This document shows, piece by piece, positions 62,342 through 64,000 of a stretch of 64,000 nt of DNA (the first letter of the stretch is position 1; every line of letters begins with the position of its first letter). The stretch is from Sphyrna mokarran (lineage: Eukaryota), in the NCBI GenBank assembly GCA_024679065.1, contig JAGIQG010000006.1, forward strand, positions 90,396,001 to 90,460,000, written 5' to 3'. The notes beneath the pieces were generated by a model. That model was not told the DNA's origin, made no database searches, and worked only from the letters and a program-made list of their open reading frames with translations. The translations under genes were made by a program, and so were the position numbers.

Positions 62342-64000
62342 CTTCAGTGTAGAATTCAATATTTGCAGGAGGTTGCTTGTTATCTTCACTTCCACCGCAC
62401 CACACACCTTTTTTTGTGGTTTATATGTTCTTTTATTCCTCATGGAAACACATCATTTTTACCACTCTTCAAAGTATTTGCAGTATAATTGGGGTCCAGC
62501 AGCTGTTACCAGTTGCAGTTACTGACACGATCAGATGAGTCACTGAAGTTGTCACCAAAAGCTGAATAGAATCGAGCAGTCTTACCTTCCCACTCAATTG
62601 CAAATATGATTGAGTTCCATTTAGCTACAGAAGATCCATTGCTGTGTGATCAAAATATAGCTCAGTGCTCCTTTGAGTCTGTGACTCATGTAAGATGAGT
62701 TTTTTGTTTGGTAACACAAACACCTAACCGGGATCATGTTATTAAAAGATGGAAAACCTCGTTCTTCCATTCAGCTCTTAACAATGAGCAAGTTTGAGTG
62801 TTAGACTACATCTGTCTAAACCCAAGGCTATGGGATCCAGAGACGCACATCTTATTTCAACTTATGTAAAAACTAAGGTTTTGATTTTTTAAAGGAGCTA
62901 TGTTTTTTAGTCAACGGGATAACTAAAAATAGGGATTAAGATTTAAAGTGAGAAATTCTACCTGCTGGCTTGTTTGGACTACGATGATTTTGTGCCAAGT
63001 GTGTAACATCATAGCAACATTAAGTGACATTGAGCATGATTACATTCTAATGCAAAATGCTCTTTTTGATTCCATACTGGGTAAAACAATAGGATTCTTA
63101 CCTGATGACTGGGGAGTCCACAAGTGCCTCATGTTGCCTCTTTATGGGAAGGCCAGTTGAAATAAAAGTCAAACTACTATTTGAGTGAGTACAGTTCCAA
63201 ATCCCACATGAAGCATCAACTTGTAACACATGTTTTTGGTGAAAACTGGGCCCATAAGTACAGGATTATCGCACAGCTTCGGATCCCAGAAAGTAGCCAT
63301 GCCTCAGGGTTCCATCATTCTAGGATTGCTATTCTAGCTTTAGTCAGGTTGGTAGAAGGTATGGAGTAAATTCTCCACCAATACCCAAAAAGCATCAACT
63401 TGCACCTTACTGGGCAATGGGGGGCCTCACCCTGGGATCAAGGACTCTGGGAGTAGAAGCTACTGGCCTTGGTGACTGGCAATGCCACTGGTACACACAT
63501 ACCCGAGGCCTAGGCTCACCATGGCACAGGTGAGTGATGGCAGGAGAGGGAGTAGGGAAGAATGGAGGATGTAGGGAAAAGGTTGAAGCGGGGTCAGCAG
63601 CAAGGGCATGATGTGGTTCCCAATGTTAGGTCCCTTGACCAGGACCCTCCTCCCTCTCACCTCACTCCACACTATCTAACCAATAAGCTACAAGCAAACA
63701 CACCAGGGCTAGGTGGATACCAGCAGTGACAGGATGATACCCTTAAATTGGCATCCAAATTCCACCTAAGAGTTTCAATTGATGGCAAGGAGGGAAGATC
63801 CTCCACAAGCCTTCCTGCAACAGACTTTATCAGGATAGCGGTGGGAAGGCATGCAGCAAGGTCTCCACACATCAGTCCCCTATCTGAGTAAATGCCACCC
63901 CTTGATCACCAAACTCACCACAGAAGAGGGCATGAGGTTCCAACCACAGATTCAGATTACCATGTTTCATCCTAACTACAAACAAAGAGGACTTGCTGAA

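Noticed and set aside
1-64000. Prokaryotic-type systems (CRISPR array, operons) or endogenous non-retroviral virus genes
   Set aside because: No repeat-spacer array, no long non-repeat ORFs; composition is that of a vertebrate repeat-rich region

Overview
Eukaryotic, repeat-dense vertebrate DNA, almost certainly from a shark. The evidence is many HE1/V-SINE-type SINEs, HER1/CR1 LINEs with (TTCTATG)n tails, and PIF/Harbinger-type non-autonomous elements. I found no credible host protein-coding exon, so the window looks intergenic or deep-intronic. The recognisable ORFs are decayed retroelement fragments (CR1, Rex1/Babar, L2, L1, two Gypsy elements, two Penelope-like elements), and the long Pro/Gly-rich ORFs at 57.7-59.6 kb come from a C-rich low-complexity tract. 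Four things stand out. (1) Near-identical, locally templated inverted copies of a decayed Gypsy gag at 8988-10629, including a 139-bp hairpin and a two-piece patchwork insertion inside a neighbouring Harbinger element. (2) Two Penelope-like insertions with inverted ends and minimal hammerhead-ribozyme motifs. (3) Three abutting palindromes next to a SINE tail. (4) A few repeat-free, motif-dense segments that may be conserved enhancers. I cannot support a wholly new biological system from sequence alone. Family names rest on motif recognition, not database searches, and boundaries of decayed elements are approximate.
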